Below, one piece after another: positions 10,670-21,485 of a stretch of 64,000 nt of DNA. The notes below the pieces were generated by a model. That model saw only the letters and a program-made list of their open reading frames with translations. It was not told the DNA's origin and made no database searches. Origin of the DNA: an uncultured bacterium (GTDB lineage: Bacteria > Armatimonadota > Abditibacteriia > Abditibacteriales > Abditibacteriaceae); contig CAWJLW010000006.1 in assembly GCA_963843795.1 (NCBI GenBank), positions 2,678,375 through 2,742,374 on the forward strand. Direction: 5' to 3'. The position numbers and the translations under genes were made by a program. How positions within the stretch are numbered: the stretch's first letter is position 1; each line of letters opens with the position of its first letter.

Positions 10670-12292
10670 ATGAATCGACGTAACTTTCTCGGTGGTCTGA
10701 TGGGCGCGGCCAGCGCTATTTCGTGGCAGCCAGTCACTCAACTTTTCGCCCAAACTTCCAACGTGCCCGCTGCCAATGGCGCCGCTAAGCCCACACAAGT
10801 CGCGCGTGGCATCGTCTTTCACGACGCAGGTGGAAACGGACAACGCACGGCCAACTCCAAAGGGGTGCCTAACGTTGCGGTTTCTAACGGGCGCGAAGTT
10901 GTCGTCACCGATGCTGAGGGGAAATATGAAATTCCAGTGCGTGAGGATGACATTCTGTTTGTCATCAAGCCCGCGGGCTGGGCACCGCCGACCAACGCGC
11001 AGAATTTGCCGCAGTTTTCCTACGCTCACAAGCCCAAAGGTTCGCCCAAATTCAAATACAAAGGTTTCAAACCCAGCGGCGCTCTACCCACTTCGATTGA
11101 TTTTGCGCTCGTGCCGCAAACCGAAAACGAACAGTTTCGCGTTTTGCTGTTCGGCGATCCGCAGCCGCGCAATTTAAAGGAAATCGACTTCACAATGCGC
11201 GATATTCTGGACGAGTTGCAAGGCGTAGACGCCGCGTTTGGCCTCAGTCTAGGCGATGTAATGTTCAACAATCTACAATTTTACGACGAACTCAACGCCA
11301 GTTTCGCCACGCTGGAATTGCCCTGGTATCACACCGTCGGCAACCACGATTTGAATTTCGATTCACCCGATGACGCTCGTTCAGACGAAACTTTCAAAAC
11401 GTTTTACGGGCCTTCAACCTACGCTTTCAACTATGGAAAAACCCATTTTCTGGTGCTGAACAATATCGTGTGGCCCGGCGCGCCCGCTAAAGGCGGCGAT
11501 TATTACGCGGGCGTCAACGCTGACCAGTTGAACTTCGTGCGCAACGCGCTGAAAACCGTCCCCAAAGACCATCTGATTGTCGTCGCCATGCACATTCCGC
11601 CGCACGGCCCAGACGATGACAAAAACTTCCGAATGGATGGCCGTCAGGAACTTTACGATATTCTCAGCCAACGCCCGAAAGTGCTGGCGCTTTCGGCCCA
11701 CACCCACATTCAATTCCACGAATTTCTGGGCGCTGAACATGGCTGGAAAGGCGCACAGCCGCTGCATCATCTCAACCACGCGACGGTGTGCGGCAGTTGG
11801 TGGGCTGGAGCGCCGGACGAAACTGGCATTCCGCACACCACAATGCGCGACGGAGCGCCCAATGGTTATTCGTTCATCGATATTAACGGCGCCGATTACA
11901 CAATTGATTTCAAAGCCGCACGTCATCCGGCCACGCATCAGATGAATATCTGGCTGCCAGAAACTATTAACGCGGGCGAAAAATCTGAAGTTGTGGTGAA
12001 CGTTTTCGCCGGTTGCGACCGCTCGAAAGTCGAAGTGAAAGTCGGTGACCAAGCGTGGATGCCGCTCAAAATGGACGCGCGTCCCGATCCGTTCTACGCC
12101 GCGCAAAAAGAACTCGAAACCATGACCGACAAATTGCTCGGTCGCAAATTGCCCGAAATCGTCAATTCACGCCATTTGTGGGTCGCCAATTTGCCAGCCG
12201 ATTTACCGGCGGGCACGCACATGTTGCAAGTGCGCATGACAGATATGTGGAATCGCAGTTTCAGCGAACGACGTTTGTTTCGCGTTTCCTGA
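10670..12292 (+). CDS. Tat-exported calcineurin-like metallophosphoesterase
   Basis: NRRNFL Tat signal; GDPQ, LGD, GNHD, AHTH motifs. Confidence 0.88.
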   Translation: MNRRNFLGGLMGAASAISWQPVTQLFAQTSNVPAANGAAKPTQVARGIVFHDAGGNGQRTANSKGVPNVAVSNGREVVVTDAEGKYEIPVREDDILFVIKPAGWAPPTNAQNLPQFSYAHKPKGSPKFKYKGFKPSGALPTSIDFALVPQTENEQFRVLLFGDPQPRNLKEIDFTMRDILDELQGVDAAFGLSLGDVMFNNLQFYDELNASFATLELPWYHTVGNHDLNFDSPDDARSDETFKTFYGPSTYAFNYGKTHFLVLNNIVWPGAPAKGGDYYAGVNADQLNFVRNALKTVPKDHLIVVAMHIPPHGPDDDKNFRMDGRQELYDILSQRPKVLALSAHTHIQFHEFLGAEHGWKGAQPLHHLNHATVCGSWWAGAPDETGIPHTTMRDGAPNGYSFIDINGADYTIDFKAARHPATHQMNIWLPETINAGEKSEVVVNVFAGCDRSKVEVKVGDQAWMPLKMDARPDPFYAAQKELETMTDKLLGRKLPEIVNSRHLWVANLPADLPAGTHMLQVRMTDMWNRSFSERRLFRVS

Positions 12293-12310
12293 ACGTTTCC
12301 ATTCGCGCAC

Positions 12311-12346
12311 GAAAAATGCCCTGCAAGTACTTGCAGGGCATTTTTC
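12311..12346. terminator. Bidirectional terminator hairpin with palindrome core
   Basis: 36-bp perfect palindrome between convergent genes. Confidence 0.8.
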
Positions 12347-14345
12347 ATCTCTCAACCGGCTCAATCGTCGTCGTGAAAGTGGCTTTCTCGCCCTGCGTTT
12401 CTAACAAAATCGCCGCGCGACGCTGCGGCGGTGCATCCGGCACATCGGCGCGCATCGCATGAAAAATCTTGTCACAGTTAATGGTCACACGAAACATTTG
12501 GATTTTACCCGCATCGTTTTTGATATTGACCACGAAACTGATTTCGCGCCGGTCGGATAATGCGCCCTGCAACGTCCAATACGCAAAAGCAGGCGGACGC
12601 CCCAAAGCAAAATCGGTCTCTAGATTATCGTTTTTCCAATCGCCGCCATTCCTTTGAATTTCGCCTTGAAGTTGCAGCGATAAACCCAGCGAATGTTCTT
12701 TTCCATCGGTCGTTTCAATTGTCGCCACATCGCGCAATTGTTCACCTTCAATACTCAGCGTGCGCGAGGCTTTGGCGTTCGGACGATATTTGGGCTGCGA
12801 GGCGCTGACAGTTAAATTTCCCGCATCGAACTTCAACAGTTCACCTTCATTCCACAATTCCTGTCCTTCGCCATCGACCAAAAGCGCGTTGTGCGACAGT
12901 GCGCGCCGGTAGTAGTTGGTATGCAGCGGCGAGCCGTATCCGACAGTTCCAGCATCATGCGTGACATCGAAATCGTTCCAAAACGCCTCGAAATTGAGGG
13001 CTTCACTTTGTGCATGCGAACTCGTCAATTGCCCGTAATGAAACCACAATTGCCAGCTTTTCCCGCGCAGCAACGCCATACGACTCGATTTCAAACTGCG
13101 TGAAGCAACCGGCGCGATTTCCGATCCTGCAAGTACTTGCACCGCTAATTTCGGCGGCGGATCAATTAGCGTGTCCCACGAACGCGTTTTGGCGGCTTCC
13201 TGCAAGCCGATTGTTGTTGGAAAAATGCGATATTGACTCGCCAAAAAACCTCGATTAGGTGCTTTGCTGCGCGTTGAATCGGCGGGTGTTGGCAACTGCC
13301 CATTGACAAAGCGAATCGCTAAGGGAGCCAGCATCAAGTTCTGCGCGATGTGCATTTCGCCTTTCAGTTCATCCCCGCGCCCATCCAACATGGCATTAGT
13401 GAACAAATCTTGCAACGCCGACAAAAGATACGAATTGTAACCCAGCGATTGTTCGTACCAGAGATAATCGCCCGTGACGCCTTGCGCGAGTTGCGCGCGA
13501 ATGCCGAATTTGCCATCAATGGCGATTTTCCACAGCGCGTCATCTTTGGCGTATAAAGCCGCTTGCGCCGTCGCCGAGCGCTGCCATGTCGCAATGTTGT
13601 GAATGGTTTGTGTGGATTTGTTCAACAGTTCGGCTTGGGGACGAAACAATCGTTCTATCCAGTACGCTTTCTTTTCGGGTGAAACGTAAGTCCCTAGAGC
13701 GCGCACCGCATTGAGATGATGAGTGAGCAAAACTGCATCATCAAGGGCTTGCGCGGTCAGGCGCGATAAACCTTTATCGGGTTGTAACGGCCATTTTTCG
13801 TAATTATCGGCATAGAAATCGAGCTGCCCACTCACCCAATCGCCGTATTTTTTGTCATCGGTCAAGCGATACAATTTGGCCGCGCGCTCTATCATATCAC
13901 CGTTTTTGGCGCGAAAACTATAAACCCATGCGCCAAATAATTTCGGCGTGAGAGCGACGTGCTCGTTGGGGTCACTACTGGAAACCAGAGAGTTTTCCGT
14001 GGGGATTTCCGGCGTCCATACCAGTCGCGCGCCATTTTTGGGTGACACGAAATCGTGATACCAGCCCGCCACCCATTCCACACGGTCGGCGCGCTTGCTA
14101 ATCCAGTCATCGACTTCCGCGCGCTCTTTGCCCAGCCACTTTTTCCACTCCGCATCGTTTTGAACGCGCAATTTCGCGCTCGCCCAATCTTCGCGCGGCA
14201 TCCGCAAAACTTCGCCATCGTGCCAAATTTTGTATTCCGCGAACGCCTTTTCCGGCGCGGGCTTGGGAAAACGCTCCGGCTCTTGCGCGTGCGCAAGGGT
14301 TGAAGTTGTCATGGCAAACAATGAAATGGCGAAGCTGATTTTCAT
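12345..14345 (-). CDS. Secreted heparinase II/III-family polysaccharide lyase (oligoalginate lyase-like)
   Basis: Signal peptide; IHNIATW, WYEQSLGYNSY, SHAQ, SHNALLVDG. Confidence 0.75.
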   Translation of the reverse strand: MKISFAISLFAMTTSTLAHAQEPERFPKPAPEKAFAEYKIWHDGEVLRMPREDWASAKLRVQNDAEWKKWLGKERAEVDDWISKRADRVEWVAGWYHDFVSPKNGARLVWTPEIPTENSLVSSSDPNEHVALTPKLFGAWVYSFRAKNGDMIERAAKLYRLTDDKKYGDWVSGQLDFYADNYEKWPLQPDKGLSRLTAQALDDAVLLTHHLNAVRALGTYVSPEKKAYWIERLFRPQAELLNKSTQTIHNIATWQRSATAQAALYAKDDALWKIAIDGKFGIRAQLAQGVTGDYLWYEQSLGYNSYLLSALQDLFTNAMLDGRGDELKGEMHIAQNLMLAPLAIRFVNGQLPTPADSTRSKAPNRGFLASQYRIFPTTIGLQEAAKTRSWDTLIDPPPKLAVQVLAGSEIAPVASRSLKSSRMALLRGKSWQLWFHYGQLTSSHAQSEALNFEAFWNDFDVTHDAGTVGYGSPLHTNYYRRALSHNALLVDGEGQELWNEGELLKFDAGNLTVSASQPKYRPNAKASRTLSIEGEQLRDVATIETTDGKEHSLGLSLQLQGEIQRNGGDWKNDNLETDFALGRPPAFAYWTLQGALSDRREISFVVNIKNDAGKIQMFRVTINCDKIFHAMRADVPDAPPQRRAAILLETQGEKATFTTTIEPVER

Positions 14346-14405
14346 GGCGCGTTTTGAGCGTTTTGTGGGAAGGATGTTGCAAGTACTTGCAGCGTGGTTT
14401 TTGAT

Positions 14406-14530
14406 TTATGGATAAGGCAGCAATTGAAGTCCGGTCATAAATTATAGTCGCCTTGATTCTTAAAAAGCAGTGACACATTCAAAATCAAAGTCGTGACGCC
14501 GATGAGAACATCCGTATCAACAATAGTCAC
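14406..14530 (-). pseudogene. Internally deleted PIN-domain (VapC-like) toxin remnant
   Basis: GTG overlapping the antitoxin stop gives VTIVDTDVLI fused to TTLILNVSLLFKNQGDYN, then after a 1-nt shift MTGLQLLPYP*; both PIN ends with no middle. Confidence 0.6.
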
Positions 14531-14769
14531 GAATTTTCGCCCCATTCCGCTTGGCGCGCACTGCGAACCCAATCCGTGCTGTTTTCTAAATCCTGATTGT
14601 CGCCCCACATTCCGTCGAACGGTTCGCTTGCCAAATCTTCGCTTTTGGGCGATGGTTCGGAAGCCGACGATTGATATTTCTGGCGCAAGAATGCCATAAA
14701 ATCGGCAATTTGGCGTTGCGCTTCATCCGGTAGCGCCGCATATTCTTCGACAAATTGTTGTTGTGTCAT
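14527..14769 (-). CDS. DUF2281-like antitoxin
   Basis: MTQQQFVEEYAALPDEAQRQIADFMAFLRQKY...PFDGMW...DWVRSARQAEW; AGGAAAG SD. Confidence 0.65.
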   Translation of the reverse strand: MTQQQFVEEYAALPDEAQRQIADFMAFLRQKYQSSASEPSPKSEDLASEPFDGMWGDNQDLENSTDWVRSARQAEWGENS

Positions 14770-14855
14770 CGCTTTCCTGCGATTTTCAATTGAATGTTGT
14801 ATATGGCTTTTTGAACGTTTTGGTGGCGCACGGTTGCTACAAGTACTTGCAATCA

Positions 14856-14891
14856 AAAAACCGCTCTGCAAGTACTTGCAGAGCGGTTTTT
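14856..14891. terminator. Terminator-like hairpin with palindrome core
   Basis: 36-bp perfect palindrome with A/T tracts just past the 14903 stop. Confidence 0.75.
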
Positions 14892-14902
14892 ATCAACGGC
14901 GT

Positions 14903-15592
14903 TCAAGGGAGACTGGAATTTGGCACGGTAAGCGAAGTCGCCCACATCATATCCATCTGCGAACCGTTCACGTTCTTGACGTGGCCATCAACGAACAAAA
15001 CATTATAGCGCGGTTCCAGCGGAAATAAAGTGCCGTGCCAGTGGCCGACCGCATCATAGAGCATGTTAATCTCGCTGGGTTTATCAATTTGTCCTTCGTT
15101 CAACTGTCTGGCTGCCAGAGCGCTGCGATAAGAATAGCTGGTGCCATAGCGTTCATAACTTGAAGGATAAGCGTTCATCAGCACTTGATGAAAATCGGGG
15201 CGCAGAAAGCCAATGTCGCTCGGACAACGGAAAAGCGCGGATGATTTGAGATAAGGCTGCAAAACTGTATGCATCTGCGGCAACTTGGGAATGGCGGCAT
15301 AAAATTCGGGATATTTGCCCCACGCTGCGGGATCGGCAGCATCTATAGGATCAATCGCATAAGGAAAACGCCCATCATAATCTTGGAGATATTGCGTGAC
15401 GCCCATGCCAACTTGACGCAAGATTCGACGCGCATGCGATTTCGCGCGCTTTGCCTTGCACCGTGAACAGCACCGGCAACAAAAGCGCCGCCAAGATGCT
15501 GATAATCGCCAACACTACCAGCAACTCGACGAGCGAAAACCCTGAGTTTCGTTGCGTGTCTGGCTCGCGAATTGGAAGTTATGAATGGACAT
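14903..15592 (-). pseudogene. Frameshifted DUF1559-type prepilin gene (or assembly indels)
   Basis: Adding one T near 15537 and removing one base near 15421 restores GFSLVELLVVLAIISILAALLLPV...CASNLRQVGMG...NVLFVDGHVK. Confidence 0.78.
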
Positions 15593-15700
15593 AATTGAGC
15601 AACATGAGAAGAGCTGCTGGCCTCGCTTTCTCTGTTTAAACCAGACCAGCAGCTTATCAGCAGAGTCTGGGCGCTTTTCACCCAGGGAGGATGCCATCAA

Positions 15701-16105
15701 TTATATAGGCACGTCGAATCGGACATACAGACTAGAATCTCCCACTTGCCTCGAGCGGAAATAGAAAATTTCCCCTCTGGGCGCTGTGCCACCAGGAACG
15801 AGGCAAACCTTGCGCTCGCTTTCGTAACGACAGCAATTGTAATAAGGGCCAGACTGGCCCATGCCAAAAACGCCGCCTCCATACCATGGCGATGACAAAC
15901 GACACGACCAACCGTTGTAATACATGGCGGTGTGATATGTGTCCGGCGGACATGGGGTTGTGCCATCAATCACATTGGCACAGACGCCATCTTGAGGGTC
16001 AGCCAATGCGACGCGATAGTTAGAAAGTAGAAAACCAGCGGCAAAGATGAGGGTCAAAGCCAGAAAAAAGCCATTGAAATAGCGAAACAAAACGTTGGTA
16101 TTCAT
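15701..16105 (-). CDS. Secreted cysteine-rich hypothetical protein
   Basis: N-terminal hydrophobic signal ending ALA; six Cys; start overlaps upstream stop. Confidence 0.6.
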   Translation of the reverse strand: MNTNVLFRYFNGFFLALTLIFAAGFLLSNYRVALADPQDGVCANVIDGTTPCPPDTYHTAMYYNGWSCRLSSPWYGGGVFGMGQSGPYYNCCRYESERKVCLVPGGTAPRGEIFYFRSRQVGDSSLYVRFDVPI

Positions 16106-16830
16106 GATACGGAGTCTCCCTTTTGCAGAAAATCATACGGAGGTGCGATCTCGTGGTACACCTCTTTGAAAGCCGGTTGTCCTTTGCGCTTGTCTGGATT
16201 GAAAATCGTTTCGATTTCCACGACGCGTCCGCTGGCACATAAAGAAAGCGTTTTCGCCCCTGAATTGCTGGACTGACTGAGATTGATATCGTGATAACGC
16301 GCGAAGTCGGCGTTGAGCCTGTCCTGGGTCTTGGCTTGGTTATCGTGGTTTTCTTGTTGCAGATTCACCTTGGGAGTCGCGGGATTGGGTTCGCTATACA
16401 CTATTTTGGCCGCTGGTTGCCAAGTGAAAGTGTTAAGTCCCTGGCTGATATCTTCGTCTTTGATATCGCCGCTTGGCCCGAAGCTGGGGTTGGGCTGCCC
16501 GGCCACTTCCGGAAGAGCTTGCCACACCACATTGTGCGCACTGCGGTCGCCAGCGAGCATCTGCTTTAATTCGGCTTTGTGTTGCAGCGCCCACGGCTTC
16601 CACCTGTCGCGCAACATTTTGACTTTGGTCAACCGCGCGGCTTGCAGTTCGGGCGCCATATCCGGCACCACAGGTTCTCGCTGGGCATAGTTGCCCAAGT
16701 TAGCCCGCGCTTTCAAGTAAGAAATGCTGCCCAACACACCACCCGACAGCAAGAATGCTGCTATCGCCAGCAGCAACACGCGCTTCTCCGACTTCGACCG
16801 AGCCGCACCTTCTCTTTCCTTTTCCTTCAT
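16102..16830 (-). CDS. Hypothetical single-TM protein
   Basis: AAGGAGG SD before ATG 16830; N-terminal TM helix. Confidence 0.7.
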   Translation of the reverse strand: MKEKEREGAARSKSEKRVLLLAIAAFLLSGGVLGSISYLKARANLGNYAQREPVVPDMAPELQAARLTKVKMLRDRWKPWALQHKAELKQMLAGDRSAHNVVWQALPEVAGQPNPSFGPSGDIKDEDISQGLNTFTWQPAAKIVYSEPNPATPKVNLQQENHDNQAKTQDRLNADFARYHDINLSQSSNSGAKTLSLCASGRVVEIETIFNPDKRKGQPAFKEVYHEIAPPYDFLQKGDSVS

Positions 16831-16891
16831 TCCAACCTCCTTTATCAAGACAAATTCGCAGACAAAGTTAATCGCAGAAAACACGCTCGTT

Positions 16892-17346
16892 TCACTGAAA
16901 AAACGAATCTGCGGGCACACCTCCTTCCGACTGGCGGGTAATACGCCCGTTTTGAACGCGCGCCATAGCGATCTTTTGGTGGGGACTGAAACGTGTGATG
17001 ACTGCGGAATTGACAGAAGTGAAAATGGACAATTTCTGTCGGGAAATACCTTCTTTGCTCAAGGCATCAAGCTCGTCCTGTGACTGTGGCGACACAATCA
17101 CCACGTCCAAGCGGTTATTCAAACCCATCCGCACCAAATCGGACAGCGGGGCGCAACCACAATCATCGACGGGATAGGAAATGAGCAGGGCATCGGAATG
17201 TTGCGTCCAATTGTAGCCCGTAATCGAAGGTGGCTTGAGACGCGCATCTGCCCGCTACCAGCCGAGAGCAAAAACTGCTGTCAGCAGCAAAAGAAGAACA
17301 GCCAAGTAGGGACTCGTAGCCCACGTGAAGACGTTGCTTTCCGCAT
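16892..17346 (-). pseudogene. Disrupted membrane-anchored hypothetical gene (CGC motif)
   Basis: One frame reads YLAVLLLLLTAVFALGW*RADARLKPPSITG...PVDDCGCAPLSDLVRMG...; in-frame TAG and an out-of-frame ATG at 17346. Confidence 0.4.
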
Positions 17347-17472
17347 AACTCAACCCCAGAAAAACTGATGTGCCTTATTCTTATCACAGTAAAAATACCG
17401 GCACAAGAGCAGAACGAAACTTTTTTGGAATTCTTGGCTGCGCGAAAATTGTGATTTTTCATGAGGCCAGCA

Positions 17473-20400
17473 TCAATACGGCACTTGCAAACACTCTGCT
17501 TTCAACACACTCAGTAATTCCCCTGCGAATTCTTCGCTGGGTTCGACCCAATAATCGGGCGCGACGCGCAGTTGCATCATTTCCAACCCGTTGTCGATGT
17601 GGAGCCACACTTCGGTGTTGCCGTGATGGCGCTTGCAGATGTTCCACAATTTGCCCAACGTTTCCGCCGTCGCGCAATCTTCGCCGATGTGCAGATGCAC
17701 GCAGCCCGCAGCCCATTCCGGAGGCGAGAAAAAGCGCCCGATGCTTTCCACTGCATCGCCCCATTCGCCATTACTCGCCGTCGTGCTGGCCGCAAATTCC
17801 GGCGCGTAACTCGGCGCTTCGGGCACATAGCCGCCATTGGTGCCGTTGCCGTTTGCGCCGTTGGAATACGCGCCGTTGCCATTTGCTGGAGGAGAGTCGA
17901 TATTCGAACGATGGAGCGAAATGCCGTTGCCATTTTGTGGCGTAGCTGGTGTCGCAAGTACTTGCGGAGGCGCTGTATCAAGCGGCGGCGTTTCGGATGA
18001 CTCGGCAAGTACTTGCGGGGTCATAACTTCATCATAATCGGCGACTTCTTCCACGGGAATGAGTTCGATTTCGTCGGCCATGATTTTATACACCGTATCG
18101 CTTTCGGCGTCCTCGTCGTCGTTTGGCTTGAAGCCACCACGCCGCGTATCGGCGCTGATACGACCGCGCACAATTAAACGTGCGTCTTCTGTCACGCATT
18201 CGCCGCATTTTTCGTAGGTTTTGGCGAAGGCCAGAACTTCAATCGAACCGGCCAAATCTTCCAATCCGAAAATCGCCCACGGACGGCTGTTTTTGTCGAA
18301 GCGTTTCATCACGCTCGTTACCAGACCGCCGACTTCGACGCGCGCGCCATCGCGCAAACCTTCCTCGCCGATTTTATCCAGGCCACTGCAACGTCGCTCC
18401 AAAAAGCCGCGCAATGGCAGCAGCGGATGATCGGAAATATACAAGCCCAACAATTCTTTTTCCCACGTCAAACGCTCATCGCGCGAGGCATCGGGTACAT
18501 CTTCCAACGTGCCGGTAGATTTAATTTGTCCGGTTTCGGCGGGTGCGCCGAACAAATCGCCCTGACCTTTGCTGGCCGAAACCGCATCCAACAAAGCGCG
18601 ATCTACGGAATCCAAAGCGGCCTGACGATTGGGATGAATCGAATCGAAAGCGCCACATTTAATCAGCGTTTCGATAGCGCCTTTGCCACAGGCGCGCGGC
18701 GCAACGCGGGTGCAGAAATCGAAAATGCTGATGAAGCGCCCACCTTCTTTGCGCGCCTCGCAAATCGCCGCCACCGGCCCTTCGCCGATGCCTTTAATCG
18801 CCTGCAACCCGAAGCGAATGCTTTCCTCATGGCGCGCGCCGACAACCGTAAAGTCGCGGTTCGATTCGTTGACATCCGGTGCAAGTAACTTGCAGGCCAT
18901 TTTTGCGGCAATCGTCAATGACGACCAGCAATTTGTCTTTCTTTTCCAGCAAAGACGTCATCTTGCAAGCCATAAATTCCGGCTTGTAATTCGTCTTCAG
19001 CCATGCCGTCCAATACGAAACCAAACCATAATACGCGGCGTGACTTTTGTTAAACGCGTAGCGTGCGAAGGCCTCCATGCGCTCGAAAATTTCGGTCGCG
19101 TCGGCGTTGCTGATTTTGTTGGCTTTGCAGCCTTCCAGAAACAGCGGTTTCATCGCCGCCATTTCGTCGGCTTTTTTCTTCGACATCGCTTTCATCAGCG
19201 ATTCGGCCTGACCGCCGGTGAAGTTGGCCAGCACCGTCGAGGCTTGCATCACTTGCTCTTGATAGAGCAGCATGCCGTAAGTGTCTTTCAAGACGGCTTC
19301 GAGTTTGGGATGCGGATAAGTCACTTTGCCGCCGAAACGGCCTTGAATGTAGCGCGGAATTTCGTCCATCGGGCCGGGACGATACAAAGAAATCTGCGCG
19401 ATGATATGTTCCAGATTTTCCGGTTTCAGTTCGCGCAGTAATTTGCGCATTCCGGTGCCTTCCATCTGGAAAACCGCGATACCGTCACCTTTGCCCAACA
19501 TATCGTACACGCGCTTGTCGTTGAGTTCGATGGATTCAAGGTCGATTTTTTCGTTGTGGCGACTTTCGATGAGTTCCAGCGTATCGTTGATGACGGTATT
19601 GTTTTGCAAACCCAGAAAGTCCATCTTCACCAAGCCGACTTTTTCGACCGCTTTGGCGTGATACTGCGTGATGATGTCGCCGTCTTTTTCTTCCAACGGC
19701 ACCAGTTCGTCCAGCGCTTCCTTGCCAATGACCACGCCGCAAGCGTGGCGACTCGCGTGGCGCGTGAAACCTTCGATTTGCTGCGCCGTATCGAGCAGGT
19801 TTTTGACCTGCGAATCGGAAGAATATAAATCGCCGAGTTCTTTGACTTCTTCAATCGCTTTGGCAATCGAAATCGCGTGGCCCGGAATCGCGGGAATCAT
19901 CTTCGACACGTTATCGGCCAGCTTCAAATCCAAGCCCATCGCGCGCGCCGAATCGCGCACTGCCGCGCGCGCGGCCAGAGTTCCGAACGTGATAATCTGC
20001 GCGACTTTTTCCTTGCCGTACTTATCGCTGACGTATTTCAAAACTTCGTCGCGTCGTTTGTCGGGAAAGTCCACGTCAATATCGGGCGTGCTTTTGCGTT
20101 CAGGATTCAGAAAACGCTCGAACAGCAAACCATACGGCAACGGATCGAGGTTGGTGATGCCCAACACATACGACACCAAACAGCCCGCCGCCGAGCCGCG
20201 ACAGCCGACTAAAATGCCGCGACTTTTACTCCAGTTGATGAAATCCTGCACCACCAGAAAATAGCCGGGATAACCTTTGTCAATGATAATTTGCTGCTCA
20301 TACGCCATGCGCTTGCGCGCTTCGGCTTCGCGCGGATGGCCTTTGGGATAGCGCGATGGGAAACGTTCTTCGCACAGATGCTTGAAATACGAAGTCAAGT

Positions 20401-21289
20401 CGTGGCCTTGAGGCACTTCGTAATGCGGAAAATGCGTGGTTTTGAGATCGAGTTCCACGTTGCACATTTCGGCGATGCGAATGGTGTTTTCCAGCGCTTC
20501 GGGAACGTGCTTGAACTTTTCCCACATCTCATCGGCGCTTTTTAGATAAAAGTTCGGCCCGTAATGCAACGCCGCTTTATCCAATGTGCTGTTGGTGCCG
20601 ATGCAGACCAGAACTTTATGCATGCGCTCGTCGCTGGCTTTGAGATAATGCGCGTCGTTGGTCGCAACGAGCGGAATTCCGGTGCGGTGATGAATGTCAA
20701 TCACGCGCTGATTGACTTCGTCTTGCCCCGTCAAATCGTGATCCATCAATTCGAGGAAGAAGTTTTCCTTGCCGAAAATATCGCGGTATTTTTCTGCCCG
20801 ATGCACGGCTTCATCGAATTTTTGCCCAACGATAAGCTGCGGAATTTCGCCGCCCAAACACGCGCTGCCGCAAATGATGCCTTCGGAATGTTCGGCCAAC
20901 ATTTCGTGATCGACGCGCGGCTTATAGTAAAAGCCGTGCAGGTTGGCTTTGGTCGTCAGCTTGACCAAATTTTTGTAGCCCTGAAGATTTTTCGCCCACA
21001 ACGTGAGATGGCGCGTGTGTTTTTGCGAATCGAGTTGCGAATCTTTGTCCTTGTGCGTGCGCGGAGCGACATACGCTTCGACGCCGATTACGGGTTTAAT
21101 GCCTTGTTTCAGGCACGCTTCGTAATGGTCAATCGCACCGTACATCACGCCGTGATCGGTGATGGCGGCGGCGGGCATATCCATTTCGGCGGCGCGTTTG
21201 GCGATGTCGCCGATGCGATTGGCGCCGTCGAGGAGCGAATATTCGGAATGAACGTGCAAATGACAAAAACCACAGGGACACTTCGACAT
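17473..21289 (-). CDS. dnaE: DNA polymerase III alpha subunit, split by a +1 frameshift near 18887
   Basis: HLHVHSEYSLLDG PHP domain, PDIDVDF, KMDFLGL, YAFNKSHA in ORF 18827..21334; PDVNES, IRFGLQAIKG, EKELLGLYISDHPL in ORF 17473..18918. Confidence 0.95.
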
Positions 21290-21485
21290 AATAATGAGAA
21301 AATTCAGAGAAATTCGGAGGAAAGCGGCGCGCAAATCGCGGGCAGCCCATTAGGTTTTAGCACAGCGCGACGCCGATAAACAGACTTGACGCGCGGTTCC
21401 AAGGCAGGTATCGCGCAACTTTTCGCGTGCCTGATGCGCGGCGTCGCTTTGTCCACAACTTTATCCCCAAAACAGGAAATTTTCT

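Noticed and set aside
17473..21289. Split-intein dnaE
   Set aside because: No intein motifs at the break; the two ORFs overlap and join by removing one base.
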